Shown piece after piece: positions 28,634-39,292 of a stretch of DNA of 64,000 nucleotides. The notes under the pieces are model-generated. The model worked only from the letters and a program-made list of their open reading frames with translations. It was not told the origin of the DNA and searched no databases. Origin of the DNA: Arcobacteraceae bacterium (GTDB lineage Bacteria; Campylobacterota; Campylobacteria; Campylobacterales; Arcobacteraceae); assembly GCA_965224485.1 (NCBI GenBank), contig CBDCZH010000019.1, forward strand, positions 167,178 to 231,177, read 5' to 3'. A program made the translations under genes and the position numbers. The stretch's first letter is position 1; every line of letters begins with the position of its first letter.

Positions 28634-29379
28634 TATCTATTTTCCATTTTAAATTTAATCCAAGCAGCAACTTTTTGTAAACTTTTTTCATCTTTTGTTG
28701 ATACTTCAATAATATCAACATTTGGTTTTAACTTTCTAGCTTCTTTTTTTTCATTTTTTATATCATAAGTAAAATGAGGTAATAAATCAGTCTTTGTAAT
28801 AAGTATTAAATCAGCAGTTCTAAACATTACAGGATATTTAATAATCTTATCTTCACCTTCTGGAATAGAAACAAGTACAATATTTAAATGTGTTCCTACA
28901 TCATAAGAAGCAGGACAAACTAGATTTCCTACATTTTCAACAAAACAAAGATCAATATCTTCTAAGTTAATCTTATGTAAGGCTTTATGTACCATAAAAG
29001 CATCCAAGTGACAGGCTGTTCCTGTTTGTATTTGAATAGCTTGTATTCCTTTTTCTTCTAATCTTTGTGCATCTTTACTTGTTTCTAAATCACCTTCAAT
29101 AACAGCAAATTTAGTCTCTAGAATATCACTTAAGCTCTCTAATAGTGCTGTTTTACCAGAACCAGGAGAACTCATAAGATTTATTCCTAAAACATTGTTT
29201 TTATCTAAATGTGCTCTGTTATGAGCAGCTTCATGATTATTCTTATCTAGTATTTTTTTTATAATAGATATTGTTTTTTTATCATTTAATAAGGGATTAT
29301 GCTCTAAATTCTCATGTGCTATTTGATGCTCACTACTTTCTTCATGTTCTACTATACTACAACCACAATCTTGACACAT
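28633..29379 (-). CDS. hypB: Hydrogenase nickel GTPase HypB
   Basis: MCQDCGC, SSPGSGKT, CHLDA and ENVGNLVCPA. Confidence 0.97.
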   Translation of the reverse strand: MCQDCGCSIVEHEESSEHQIAHENLEHNPLLNDKKTISIIKKILDKNNHEAAHNRAHLDKNNVLGINLMSSPGSGKTALLESLSDILETKFAVIEGDLETSKDAQRLEEKGIQAIQIQTGTACHLDAFMVHKALHKINLEDIDLCFVENVGNLVCPASYDVGTHLNIVLVSIPEGEDKIIKYPVMFRTADLILITKTDLLPHFTYDIKNEKKEARKLKPNVDIIEVSTKDEKSLQKVAAWIKFKMENR

Positions 29380-29393
29380 CTTTGTTCCTTTTT

Positions 29394-30036
29394 TTACGAA
29401 ATTAACATAGAAGAGCCTACAAGGGCTGAAACTAATCCAGCAAAGGTAAATACTCTTCTAATATTTTGTTTTGAATGTAATAAATTTTTATTAATATATA
29501 AAATACAAGCACCAAAAGAGATAAAGACTAACATAACTCCTAAAGTAAACGCAAATACCATATAAATATTAACTTCTTGATTTTGGACTAAACCAAGAGT
29601 AATTAACATACCCCTAACTCCACCAATTCCCATTAAAGTACCAATAGCAAAAGCAGAACTTATATCTTTATTTGAATGAGAGTGCTCTTTTCCAAAATAT
29701 ATATGAAAATGTTCAACACCTTCATGTATATGTTTATTTAAATGAATTTTATTTGCATAAACCATATATAATAAATAAACTCCCATAAATAAAATCACTA
29801 AAGCAGAAATAGTATCCCCATAAGAAAGAATCTCTGCTGATAAAGCATAAACTTCTAAAATTTTAGCAAAGATTAAAAGTGAAATACCATGACCAAAGGC
29901 AAAAAGTACAGTTATAAGCATTGTTTTTCTCTTATTTTTACCAAGTGAGAAATCTGCTATTGCTGATAAATGGTCAGGGCCAAAGGCATGTAAAATTCCA
30001 TACCAAAAAAATTATTATTAAAGCTGTTTGTTCCAT
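29394..30036 (-). CDS. Nickel transporter-like membrane protein (UreH/NiCoT-related), frameshifted in a T-run near 30005-30011
   Basis: Corrected N-terminus MEQTALIIIFWYGILHAFGPDHLSAIAD; His-rich loop; GHG motif. Confidence 0.75.
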
Positions 30037-30048
30037 TATTTTCCTAAT

Positions 30049-30062
30049 TGAATATATATTTA
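30049..30062. promoter_or_regulatory. Putative TetR operator (TGAAT-N4-ATTtA)
   Basis: One mismatch to the motif; next to the RBS of the first gene of the hyp operon. Confidence 0.45.
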
Positions 30063-30148
30063 CCTACAGTTTAATAAAATTAATATAAATAAAGTATAAT
30101 TTTAGCTCACACTTATGTACTTTTAGAACTAAAATGCTAAAATATTAA

Positions 30149-30796
30149 ATGAATTGTCCATCTTGTTCTAGTACAAAACTATATACATTAAAAAACTCTT
30201 ATATAAAATGTCCTAAATGTAAGAAAAAATACTCATTAAAAAAGCTATTATTTGATAAAAAAATCATTATGTTTTTTTGCTTAAATATTCCTGCTTATGA
30301 AGCAAGTAAAAAACTCAATGTTAATTATAGGTCTATTAAAAATAGATACGATTTATTTAGAAAACTACTTTGTATTTATTTAGATGATTTATATACTGAT
30401 TCAAAACATGAAAAAAGCGAATATGAGGAGTTTTATTATTTCTCAAAAAGAGCAAAAAACTCTAAGAACACCTTTATTAATCAAGCCGTTAATATAATAG
30501 GTTTTTATTCAAATAATAAAATTTTTACACTTTTATTACCAAAACTTACTAAATATGAAAATATTAATGAAGCTAAGAATTATGAGAAGTATTTATCTTG
30601 GCATAAAATAAACTCAAGAACTTCTTATAAAACCCCTTTAAGTATTTTTTGGACTTTTTTAGAGGGTTCATTGAAAAAATATAAAGGAGTTAAAGAAGAA
30701 AACTTTTTTTTATATTTAAAAGAAGCTGAGTTTAAATTCAACTATTTACATAATGAACAAAATGAAATTTTAAATCAACTTTATTTTAATAAATAA
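30149..30796 (+). CDS. IS1595-family transposase-like protein with degenerate DDE
   Basis: CxxC..CxxC zinc ribbon, HTH and FW..L.KYKGV....F.LYLKEAEFKFN C-terminal signature; no terminal inverted repeats seen. Confidence 0.7.
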   Translation: MNCPSCSSTKLYTLKNSYIKCPKCKKKYSLKKLLFDKKIIMFFCLNIPAYEASKKLNVNYRSIKNRYDLFRKLLCIYLDDLYTDSKHEKSEYEEFYYFSKRAKNSKNTFINQAVNIIGFYSNNKIFTLLLPKLTKYENINEAKNYEKYLSWHKINSRTSYKTPLSIFWTFLEGSLKKYKGVKEENFFLYLKEAEFKFNYLHNEQNEILNQLYFNK

Positions 30797-31312
30797 GGTA
30801 GGTCTCTTTGTATACTGTCTAATAAATCTTCATTTATAAAAAAAATCACCATATTTTGCTCTATGTTTGTAGGCATAGGCACATACATACCTATTCTTTT
30901 TTATAAGAGTTAAAGGAAAAATTAATACTTCTTTTAAATCTTTATTTCTTTCATAATAATCTTGTATTTGTAATAACTCTTCTTCTTCAATTTTATCTTT
31001 TAATAATACTACTTGTTCTTCATAAAATTCAAGAACTGAGTTTTCATCTGTAATATGTAAAAAAGCTTGAGTAATATCTTCAAAACGCAAGTCAAACTTA
31101 TGACCTTGTAAAAGAAGTTCTTTTAAACCTTCTAAATTATTGTTTTGGAAATAGTATTGCATTAAAAGTTTTAAATAATGTTCTTGAATATCATCTTCAT
31201 AAGCACTTAGTTCATTTTGTACATCTTCAACACTATTAATCTTTTTTTCATCAAGCAATTTATTATGTAAAATAACACATTTAGCCATTATTTCATGTAA
31301 TCTATCATTCAT
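30781..31312 (-). CDS. Hypothetical protein (C-terminal frameshift in a T-run near 30840)
   Basis: 160 aa ORF with AAGGA RBS; corrected frame ends ..RDLPYLLK* at 30781. Confidence 0.6.
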
Positions 31313-31331
31313 AAACTATCCTTTTTATATT

Positions 31332-32018
31332 TTACTCTTCTTTTAGTTTGTATCCACTTTGAGGTATATTTACAATAATATCAAGTGGTATTTTTTTTCT
31401 AAGCTCTTTTATAAATGTTTTTAAAGCAGAAGCACTCATATGTTTATTTTCCCATATTTCTTCTTCTATTTGGCTGTAAGTACTAATACAGCAATTATTG
31501 TTTTTTTCTAATAAAAGTAAAAAATCTTTTTCTCTTTTTCTTAATAAAATAGTCTCATTATTATAACTTAACTCTCGTTTATTTGCATCTAAATAAAGAT
31601 CTTTTGCTAAAAGAACTACTTGATTAAGCTCCGAAGCTAAAGCAGAAGTAAGACCTTCTAATAAAGAATCAGAATTTAAGGGTTTTAAAATAAAGTGATC
31701 AATTTTACAATTTATTAATTTCACTAAATACTCTTCTGTTGAGTAAGCAGTTAACATTATAATTTTTGTAAATAAATCAACTTTTCTAATATTTTTAACT
31801 AAAGAGATACCATCACCATCATTCATTTCTATATCAGTGATTATAATATTTGGTTTATACTCTAAATATAAATCATAAGCTTCATTTCCACTTTTTGCCT
31901 CATATATCTCATCAAAATAGTATTTTAAAGTATTTATTAATCTTTTTCTAATTCCATCTTCATCTTCAACACATAAAATTGAGAAGTTTTTAAACTGTCT
32001 AGTTATTGCTTCATTCAT
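31332..32018 (-). CDS. OmpR-family response regulator
   Basis: VEDE, TDIEM, LTAY, LKP receiver plus winged-helix (LRKK..GY). Confidence 0.93.
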   Translation of the reverse strand: MNEAITRQFKNFSILCVEDEDGIRKRLINTLKYYFDEIYEAKSGNEAYDLYLEYKPNIIITDIEMNDGDGISLVKNIRKVDLFTKIIMLTAYSTEEYLVKLINCKIDHFILKPLNSDSLLEGLTSALASELNQVVLLAKDLYLDANKRELSYNNETILLRKREKDFLLLLEKNNNCCISTYSQIEEEIWENKHMSASALKTFIKELRKKIPLDIIVNIPQSGYKLKEE

Positions 32019-32026
32019 TTTTTTCC

Positions 32027-33893
32027 TTAGATTTCAAGCACAAAAATAACACCATCTTTTTTATTTCTTACACTTAACTTACCATTCATATTTTTTTCAA
32101 TTATCATTTTTGACATATAAAGCCCAAGTCCAGTACCTTTAGAACTTGTTTTTGTTGTGAAATATGGTTCAAAGATCAAATCCAAGTTTTCTTTTTTTAT
32201 TCCACCTGCATTATCTTCTATTAAAATAAGAGCTTTATTGTCTTTTTTACCTATAAAAATATTTATATAAGCAGAACTTACATCATTCTCAATAAAAGCA
32301 TCTTTACAATTTAAAAAAATATTTAAAATAACTTGAGAAAATTCTCTTGGATAACCACATACCATAGAATCATCAGATAAATCTTTTGTGATTTTAACAT
32401 TTAAATCTTTTAAAGAAGCATCAACAATACTCAAAGCTTTTATACAAGCAAGCTCTAAAGAAAAGTTTACTTTCTTTTTATCTGGTTTAAAAAAGTTTCT
32501 AAAATCATCAATAGTATGAGACATATAACTTAATAACTTATTACTATCTTTAGTACACTCTAAAATCAATTTTTTATCAACTTTATTAAATTTAGTTGCA
32601 GTTTCAAGCTCCATTAAAATACTAGAGACTTCTGTTAAAGGCTGTCTCCATTGATGTGCAATCATTGAAATCATAGTTCCAAGTCTTGCAAGCCTTGATT
32701 GATGTAACATAGCTCTATCTTTTTCTTGAGCTTCTTTTATTCCAACTTTTATTTTATCTTGCAAGTCTTTATTTAAAAGCTCTAAATTTTCTTCTTTTGC
32801 TTTTACTTTTTTTTGATAACTTTTAAAGGTACGAGAAATTATATTTGAAATAAAAGCTGAAAGTAATCCTACAATAGCCATTACAAATAAAGATATTATA
32901 AGTATGTATTCAATATATTTTTTATTTTTTTTCTCAAGCTTTTTTTTATTTTTCAAAATTGATTTTTGAATATCATCTAGATATAAAGATGTTCCAATAA
33001 CCCATTTCCATTTTTCAAAATAATAGGTATATCCAATTTTATTAGAATATAAAGTTTCATTATCTTTTTTTCCATTTATAGTATATAAGTGTTCCATTTG
33101 GGTTATTTTTAGCACTAGCCACAATTTTTTTAATGATATTATTTTTATCTTTATTTATTTTATTATTTACTATTTTAGGAAAATCTAATTGATTTAAAAG
33201 TTTATGATTATTATCATATATCCATATATTTGATATATTATTCGTATTTACACTATTTATATATTTTAACGAAGCATATTTAATAAAGTTTATATCACTT
33301 TGAATATTTTCAATATTTCCTATTATCCAGTTTAACTTTGGTAAATATTTTAAATATACTATTTTATCACTTTTTTCAAAAGTGATTACCTTTCCTTTTT
33401 CATAAAACAAGTAGTTTTCAAAAAACTTCCCATCATCATAAAACTCTTTTTTAATATCTTTATTTAAAGGTTGAATAATACTATTAGTTTTAATATTATA
33501 GGCAAAGAAATAGTTGTCTTTTAATATTTTTGAGTTAATTAGATTAACTAATATATCTTTTTCTTTTTCAGTATTTATATTTAAATCTGAATTAAGATAG
33601 TTTAGTCTTTTACTTAATACATAAGTTCTTTTAACAACTTTTTGTATAGTTTTATTTAAGTATATAGATTCTTGATATTCAAGATAGCTTGAAATTGTAT
33701 TTATTCTATTTTTTAAAAGAATTCTTTGATTATGTTTGAACTGTTTTTCAATTTCCAAACTCTCTTCATGGAAGTTATTGTTTTGAGTTTTTATAAAAAA
33801 GAAAACAGTTAATATAGTAATTAATGTTCCTGTAATAATAGGTGATAAAATTATTAGTTTTGGTATATTTTTTTCATTAAACATTCTAATCAT
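32027..33893 (-). CDS. Cache-domain sensor histidine kinase, split by a frameshift in an A7 run near 33065-33071
   Basis: N-terminal TM and periplasmic domain; IAHQWRQPL H-box, DNAGGI and GTGLGLY; removing one A fuses the two ORFs. Confidence 0.88.
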
Positions 33894-33939
33894 TACAGAT
33901 TATATCATATTGATTATATTTTATTAAAAATCTATATTC

Positions 33940-33961
33940 TTTTACTCACTTTTTACTCACT
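33940..33961 (+). promoter_or_regulatory. 11-bp tandem direct repeat, putative OmpR-family binding site
   Basis: ttttactcact x2 between the divergent kinase and dppA. Confidence 0.6.
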
Positions 33962-34007
33962 TCAATTAGTTAATATGATTTATCTTAAAGAAAAAGGAGA
34001 AAAAGTG

Positions 34008-35663
34008 ATGAAATTTATAAAGTTATTTTCTATGCTTCTATTATCAGTAGGATTATTTATTGGTTGTGGAGAAAAAGTAGAAAAAAAGACAGAAAAAAAA
34101 GAGGAAGTTTCAAAAGTTGGAAATTCTAAAATTGGTGGAACACTAGTATTTGGAAGAAGTGGGGATTCTACTTCTATGGATCCTTCTCATGTAACAGATG
34201 GGGAGAGTTATTATGCAGCTTCAGCTTTATATGATAACTTAGTGCAATTTAAATATGGAAGTACTGAAATTGAGCCAGCTCTTGCTACATCATGGGAAAT
34301 TTCAAAAGATGGTCTTACTTATATATTTAAACTAAGAAAAGGTGTATATTTTTCTGAAACTGAATATTTTAAGCAAAAATCAGAATTTACATCTAAAGAT
34401 GTAGTTTTCTCTTTTAAAAGACAATTTGATAAAACACATCACTTCAATAAATTTGGAGGAGCATTTAAATATTGGTCTGCAATGGATATGACAAATATTG
34501 TTAAAGATGTAGTTGCCATTGATAAATATACTGTTAAGTTTACACTTAAAAAAGCAGAAGCTCCATTTATTGGAAATGTTGCTATGGAATTCTCAATGAT
34601 TTTATCTTCTGATTATGCTGATTCTTTAGTTAAAGAAGGTAAAGAGTTAAATTTAGGTAAAAAACCAGTTGGAACAGGACCATTTATTTTTAAAAAATGG
34701 GTTAAAGATGACAAAATCATCTTTATGGCAAATAAGAATTATTGGAATGGAAGACCTTATGTAAATAAACTAATTTTTAAAGTAATAACTAATAATGCTG
34801 TTCGTGCGGCTGAACTTAAAACTGGTTCAATTCATATCATGGATTTTCCAAATCCTGCTGAAGTTGCTGGTTTAGAAGCTGATGAAAACATTAAATTAGT
34901 TAAACAAGAAGGATTAAATGTTGGTTATTTAGCATTTAATACAGAAAGAAAACCATTTGATAATAAACTTGTTCGTCAAGCTATTTCTCATGCAATTAAT
35001 ATGGAAGGAATTGTAAAATCTGTTTATGAAGGTTTAGGAACAGTTGCTACTAATCCAATTCCACCTACAATTTGGTCATATAACAAAAACTTAAAAGGTT
35101 ATGACTATGATATTAAAAAAGCAAAAGCTTTATTAAAAGAAGCTGGTTATGAAAACGGTTTTGAAACAAATATCTGGGCTATGCCAGTTGCACGACCTTA
35201 TAATCCAAATGGAAGAAAAGTTGCTGAAGCTATGCAAGCTGATTTAGCTAAAGTTGGAATTAAAGTTAAAATTGTTTCTTATGACTGGGGAACTTATCTT
35301 AAAAAATCATCAATGGGTGAACATGACATGGTATTATTAGGATGGACTGGTGATAATGGTGATCCAGATAACTTCTTAAATGTTTTATTATCAAAACAAT
35401 CTGCTATGACTAAACCTGCTCAAAATAGAGCTTTTTGGAAAAATGACGAATTTTCACAATTAATTGAAGAAGCTAAAAGTATTACAGATGTTGCAAAAAG
35501 AACTGCTTTATATGAAAAAGCTCAAGTTATTTTTCAAGAAGAAGCACCTTGGAAACCTGTTGCTCATTCAATTGTAGTTGCACCAATGCTTAAAAAAGTA
35601 CATGGATTTAAACTAGATCCTGTAGGAAAAAGAAGATTTAAAGAAGTTTGGTTAGAAAAATAA
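34008..35663 (+). CDS. dppA: Dipeptide ABC substrate-binding lipoprotein
   Basis: Lipobox FIGC; MPVARPYNPNG and GWTGDNGDPDNF; start refined using the AAGGAG RBS. Confidence 0.92.
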   Translation: MKFIKLFSMLLLSVGLFIGCGEKVEKKTEKKEEVSKVGNSKIGGTLVFGRSGDSTSMDPSHVTDGESYYAASALYDNLVQFKYGSTEIEPALATSWEISKDGLTYIFKLRKGVYFSETEYFKQKSEFTSKDVVFSFKRQFDKTHHFNKFGGAFKYWSAMDMTNIVKDVVAIDKYTVKFTLKKAEAPFIGNVAMEFSMILSSDYADSLVKEGKELNLGKKPVGTGPFIFKKWVKDDKIIFMANKNYWNGRPYVNKLIFKVITNNAVRAAELKTGSIHIMDFPNPAEVAGLEADENIKLVKQEGLNVGYLAFNTERKPFDNKLVRQAISHAINMEGIVKSVYEGLGTVATNPIPPTIWSYNKNLKGYDYDIKKAKALLKEAGYENGFETNIWAMPVARPYNPNGRKVAEAMQADLAKVGIKVKIVSYDWGTYLKKSSMGEHDMVLLGWTGDNGDPDNFLNVLLSKQSAMTKPAQNRAFWKNDEFSQLIEEAKSITDVAKRTALYEKAQVIFQEEAPWKPVAHSIVVAPMLKKVHGFKLDPVGKRRFKEVWLEK

Positions 35664-35670
35664 GTATATA

Positions 35671-35700
35671 TATTAAGTAGAAGTTTTCTTCTACTTAATA
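35671..35700 (+). terminator. Hairpin after dppA
   Basis: tattaagtagaag-tttt-cttctacttaata perfect 13-bp stem. Confidence 0.75.
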
Positions 35701-35770
35701 TCTTAAAAAAAAGTTTTTATAAAATTAAAATTTTTGAATTTTAATTTTATAAGTACACAAAGGAGATTTT

Positions 35771-36775
35771 TTGTTAAGTTATATTATAAAAAGATTATTA
35801 TGGGCAATACCTACATTATTAGGAGTTTCACTTCTAGTATTTTCAATGGTACATATGGCTCCAGGGGATCCTGCTTTAGTTATGTTAGGTGAGCATGCAA
35901 GTGCTGCTAGTGTTGCTGAGTTAAGGGAACAAATGGGTTTAAATAAACCTTTAGTTGAACAATACATTATGTTTATAACTAATGCAGTTCAAGGTGATTT
36001 TGGAATTTCTACAATTTCTGGGGAACCTGTTATTGATGAGTTTATGGAAAGATTTCCAGCAACTGTAGAATTAGCACTATTTTCTATGTTTTTTGCAGTA
36101 ATTGCAGGATTATTTGCAGGAATTATATCAGCTGTTAAAAGATACTCTATTTTTGATTATGCTGCTATGTCAACTGCCTTAGCTGGTGTTTCTATGCCTG
36201 TATTTTGGTTAGGTTTAATGCTTATATATTTCTTCTCTGTTGAATTAGCTTGGCTTCCAGTATCTGGAAGATTAGGATATGAATTTGATATAGAAGGACC
36301 TACAGGTTTATTTTTAATTGATTCTTTATTAGTTAATGATTATGATGCTTTTTGGGATGCTTTAAAACACCTAATCTTACCAGCAATTGCACTGGGAACT
36401 ATTCCTATGGCAATTATTGCAAGAATGACAAGAGCTTCAATGATTGAAGTATTAAAAGAAGAGTATATAAGAACAGCAAAAGCAAAAGGCTGTTCAAAAC
36501 TACAAGTTATTATGATTCATGCTTTAAAAAATGCCCTGCTTCCAGTTTTAACAGTAATTGGTTTAATGGTAGGAACACTTTTTGCAGGTGCAATTTTAAC
36601 AGAAACTACATTTTCATGGCCTGGAATTGGAAAATGGTTAATTAATGCAGTTAATCAAAGAGACTTTCCAATAATTCAATCAACAACGTTAATTATTGCT
36701 TCTATGTTTGTTCTTGTTAACCTAGTTGTAGATGTATTATATGCAGTAGTAAACCCAAGAATAAGGCTATCATAA
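35771..36775 (+). CDS. dppB: Dipeptide ABC permease
   Basis: PGDPA, RFPATVEL, YIRTAKAKG and RDFPIIQ. Confidence 0.93.
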   Translation: MLSYIIKRLLWAIPTLLGVSLLVFSMVHMAPGDPALVMLGEHASAASVAELREQMGLNKPLVEQYIMFITNAVQGDFGISTISGEPVIDEFMERFPATVELALFSMFFAVIAGLFAGIISAVKRYSIFDYAAMSTALAGVSMPVFWLGLMLIYFFSVELAWLPVSGRLGYEFDIEGPTGLFLIDSLLVNDYDAFWDALKHLILPAIALGTIPMAIIARMTRASMIEVLKEEYIRTAKAKGCSKLQVIMIHALKNALLPVLTVIGLMVGTLFAGAILTETTFSWPGIGKWLINAVNQRDFPIIQSTTLIIASMFVLVNLVVDVLYAVVNPRIRLS

Positions 36776-37644
36776 TGGAAAATGAAAATAAAATATTAGA
36801 ATTTTATAGACAATTTAAAAAAAACAAATCAGCTTTAGTTGGTTTATATATAGTAATAGTTCTAATTACTTGTGCAATTTTTGCACCAATTATTGCACCT
36901 TATGATCCATTAATTCAAAACCTAGATGATAGATTAATTTCTCCTATGTGGACTGATGCTGGAAGTTTTGCTCATATTTTAGGAACAGATGATTTTGGTA
37001 GAGATTTATTCTCAAGAGTAATTCATGGGGCTAGAATTTCTTTAATGATTGGAGTTATTTCTGTTTCAATTTCTTTAGTATTTGGTTTAATGATGGGAGC
37101 TAGTGCTGGATACTTTGGTGGTAAAGTTGATATTTTAATTATGAGAGTTGTTGATATTATGTTATCAATTCCAGCTATTTTACTAGCTATTGTAATAGTT
37201 TCAATTTTAGGACCTGATTTATTTAATGCAATGATTGCTATTGGTATTGTTGGAATTCCAACTTTTGCTAGAATTGTTAGAGCTTCAGTATTAGCTGAAA
37301 AAGAAAAAGAGTATGTAATTGCAAGTAAAATAAATGGTTCAAATTCTTTTAGATTAATAAGTAAAGTAATCCTTCCAAATTGTACAACACCTATTATTGT
37401 TCAAGCTACAATGGGATTTGCCTCAGCTGTATTAGAGGCTGCTGGTTTATCATTTTTAGGACTAGGTGCTCAACCTCCTGTTCCTGAATGGGGAGCTATG
37501 TTAGCTGATTCATTACAATTTATTACAACAGCTTCATGGATGATTATATATCCTGGTATTGCAATATTCTTAACTGTTATGGGATTTAACCTTGTAGGTG
37601 ATGGTCTTATGGATGTTTTAGATCCAAAAATGAAGGATAGATAA
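36775..37644 (+). CDS. dppC: Dipeptide ABC permease
   Basis: LGTDDFGRD and LSFLGLGAQPPVPEWG. Confidence 0.93.
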   Translation: MENENKILEFYRQFKKNKSALVGLYIVIVLITCAIFAPIIAPYDPLIQNLDDRLISPMWTDAGSFAHILGTDDFGRDLFSRVIHGARISLMIGVISVSISLVFGLMMGASAGYFGGKVDILIMRVVDIMLSIPAILLAIVIVSILGPDLFNAMIAIGIVGIPTFARIVRASVLAEKEKEYVIASKINGSNSFRLISKVILPNCTTPIIVQATMGFASAVLEAAGLSFLGLGAQPPVPEWGAMLADSLQFITTASWMIIYPGIAIFLTVMGFNLVGDGLMDVLDPKMKDR

Positions 37645-38504
37645 TGTTATTAGAAGTTAAAAACTTAAAAACACAATTTTTTTCTGATAGAGGAATAAAT
37701 ACAGCTGTTAATTCTATAAATTTTTCACTAGAACAAGGAAAAACATTATGTATCGTTGGAGAGAGCGGATCTGGTAAATCTATGACTTCTTTATCCATTA
37801 TGGGTCTTGTTGAAGAACCTGGTAGAGTAAGTAATGGAGAGATATTATTTGAAGGTTCTGATTTATTGAAAAAAAGTGAAAATGAAATGAGAGCTATTAG
37901 AGGAAATGAAATAGCAATGATTTTTCAAGAACCAATGACATCTTTAAATCCTTCATATACAGTAGGTTATCAAATTGATGAAGTTTTAAAACTACATCAA
38001 AAAAGTTTAAATAAAATACAAAGAAAAGAGAGAGTAATTGAACTTTTTGAAGAAGTTGGTATTCCTCAGGCAATTGATAAATATAATGAATATCCATTTA
38101 AACTAAGTGGTGGTCAACGTCAAAGAGTTATGATTGCAATGGCAATGGCTTGTGAACCAAAACTTTTAATAGCAGATGAACCAACAACAGCCCTAGATGT
38201 TACAATTCAAGCTCAAGTATTAGATTTAATGAATGATTTAAAAAAGAAAAAAGGTACATCTATTTTATTTATTACTCATGATTTAGCTGTGGTTTCACAA
38301 ATGGCAGATGAAGTAATTGTAATGTATAAAGGTCATGTTGTTGAACAAGCTAGTGTCAAAGAGTTATTTAAAAATCCAAAACATCCTTATACCAAAGCTT
38401 TATTAAATTCAATTCCAATACCTGGAAAAGTGAAAAGAAAATCGCGTTTAGATACTGTTGATGATAAAGTTAATTATTTAGATTTTAAAAAGGAGATTAG
38501 ATGA
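37644..38504 (+). CDS. dppD: Dipeptide ABC ATP-binding protein
   Basis: GESGSGKS, LSGGQRQR and DEPTTALDVTIQ. Confidence 0.92.
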   Translation: MLLEVKNLKTQFFSDRGINTAVNSINFSLEQGKTLCIVGESGSGKSMTSLSIMGLVEEPGRVSNGEILFEGSDLLKKSENEMRAIRGNEIAMIFQEPMTSLNPSYTVGYQIDEVLKLHQKSLNKIQRKERVIELFEEVGIPQAIDKYNEYPFKLSGGQRQRVMIAMAMACEPKLLIADEPTTALDVTIQAQVLDLMNDLKKKKGTSILFITHDLAVVSQMADEVIVMYKGHVVEQASVKELFKNPKHPYTKALLNSIPIPGKVKRKSRLDTVDDKVNYLDFKKEIR

Positions 38505-39292
38505 GTTCAAAAGAAGTAATATTTCAAATAAAAGATTTAGTAAAAACTTATGAAATCTCAAGAGGTTTATTTAAAGATTCTCAAAAAATAAATGCAGTAA
38601 ATAAAATAAATTTTGAAGTTTTTCAAGGTGAGACTTATTCAATTGTAGGAGAGAGTGGTTGTGGAAAATCTACTACTGCTAAACTACTTTTAAATATAGA
38701 GCAACCTACAGAAGGTCAAATATTCTTTAAGGGTAAAGATATAGCTACTTTTACTGACCAAGAATGGAAAGATTATAGAAAAAAAGTTCAAATAATTTTT
38801 CAAGATCCTTATTCTTCTTTAAACCCAAGATGGACAGTTGGTGAAATAATAGCAGAACCTTTACTTCTTAATACTACTTTAAAAAAAGAAGAAATAGTAA
38901 AAGAAGTTTATGCAATTATGAAAAAAGTCGGTTTAGAAAAAGAGTGGTATGATAGATTTCCCCACCAGTTTTCAGGAGGTCAAAGACAAAGAATTGGAAT
39001 AGCTCGTGCTTTAGTTTTAAAACCTGAAGTTATTGTTTGTGATGAACCTGTTTCAGCTTTAGATGTATCTATTCAAGCTCAAGTTCTAAATTTATTATTA
39101 GACTTACAAGAAGAGTTTGATTTAACTTATGTTTTCATTTCACATGATTTATCTGTGGTTGAACATATAAGTGACAGAATTATGGTTATGTATTTTGGAG
39201 ATGTAGTTGAGCTTACAAGTGTAGAAGAGCTTTTCTCAAATCCAAAAGCAGATTATACTAAAAAACTATTAAAGGCTATTCCTTCATTATGA
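38501..39292 (+). CDS. dppF: Dipeptide ABC ATP-binding protein
   Basis: GESGCGKS, FSGGQRQR and DEPVSALDVSIQ. Confidence 0.92.
   Translation: MSSKEVIFQIKDLVKTYEISRGLFKDSQKINAVNKINFEVFQGETYSIVGESGCGKSTTAKLLLNIEQPTEGQIFFKGKDIATFTDQEWKDYRKKVQIIFQDPYSSLNPRWTVGEIIAEPLLLNTTLKKEEIVKEVYAIMKKVGLEKEWYDRFPHQFSGGQRQRIGIARALVLKPEVIVCDEPVSALDVSIQAQVLNLLLDLQEEFDLTYVFISHDLSVVEHISDRIMVMYFGDVVELTSVEELFSNPKADYTKKLLKAIPSL

Noticed and set aside
30149..30796. Active IS1595 insertion sequence
   Set aside because: No terminal inverted repeats or target duplication seen, and the catalytic residues appear lost.
7505..33071. Programmed phase variation at homopolymer tracts
   Set aside because: The tracts are short A/T runs rather than the long poly-G/C tracts typical of Campylobacterota contingency loci; assembly error is more parsimonious.
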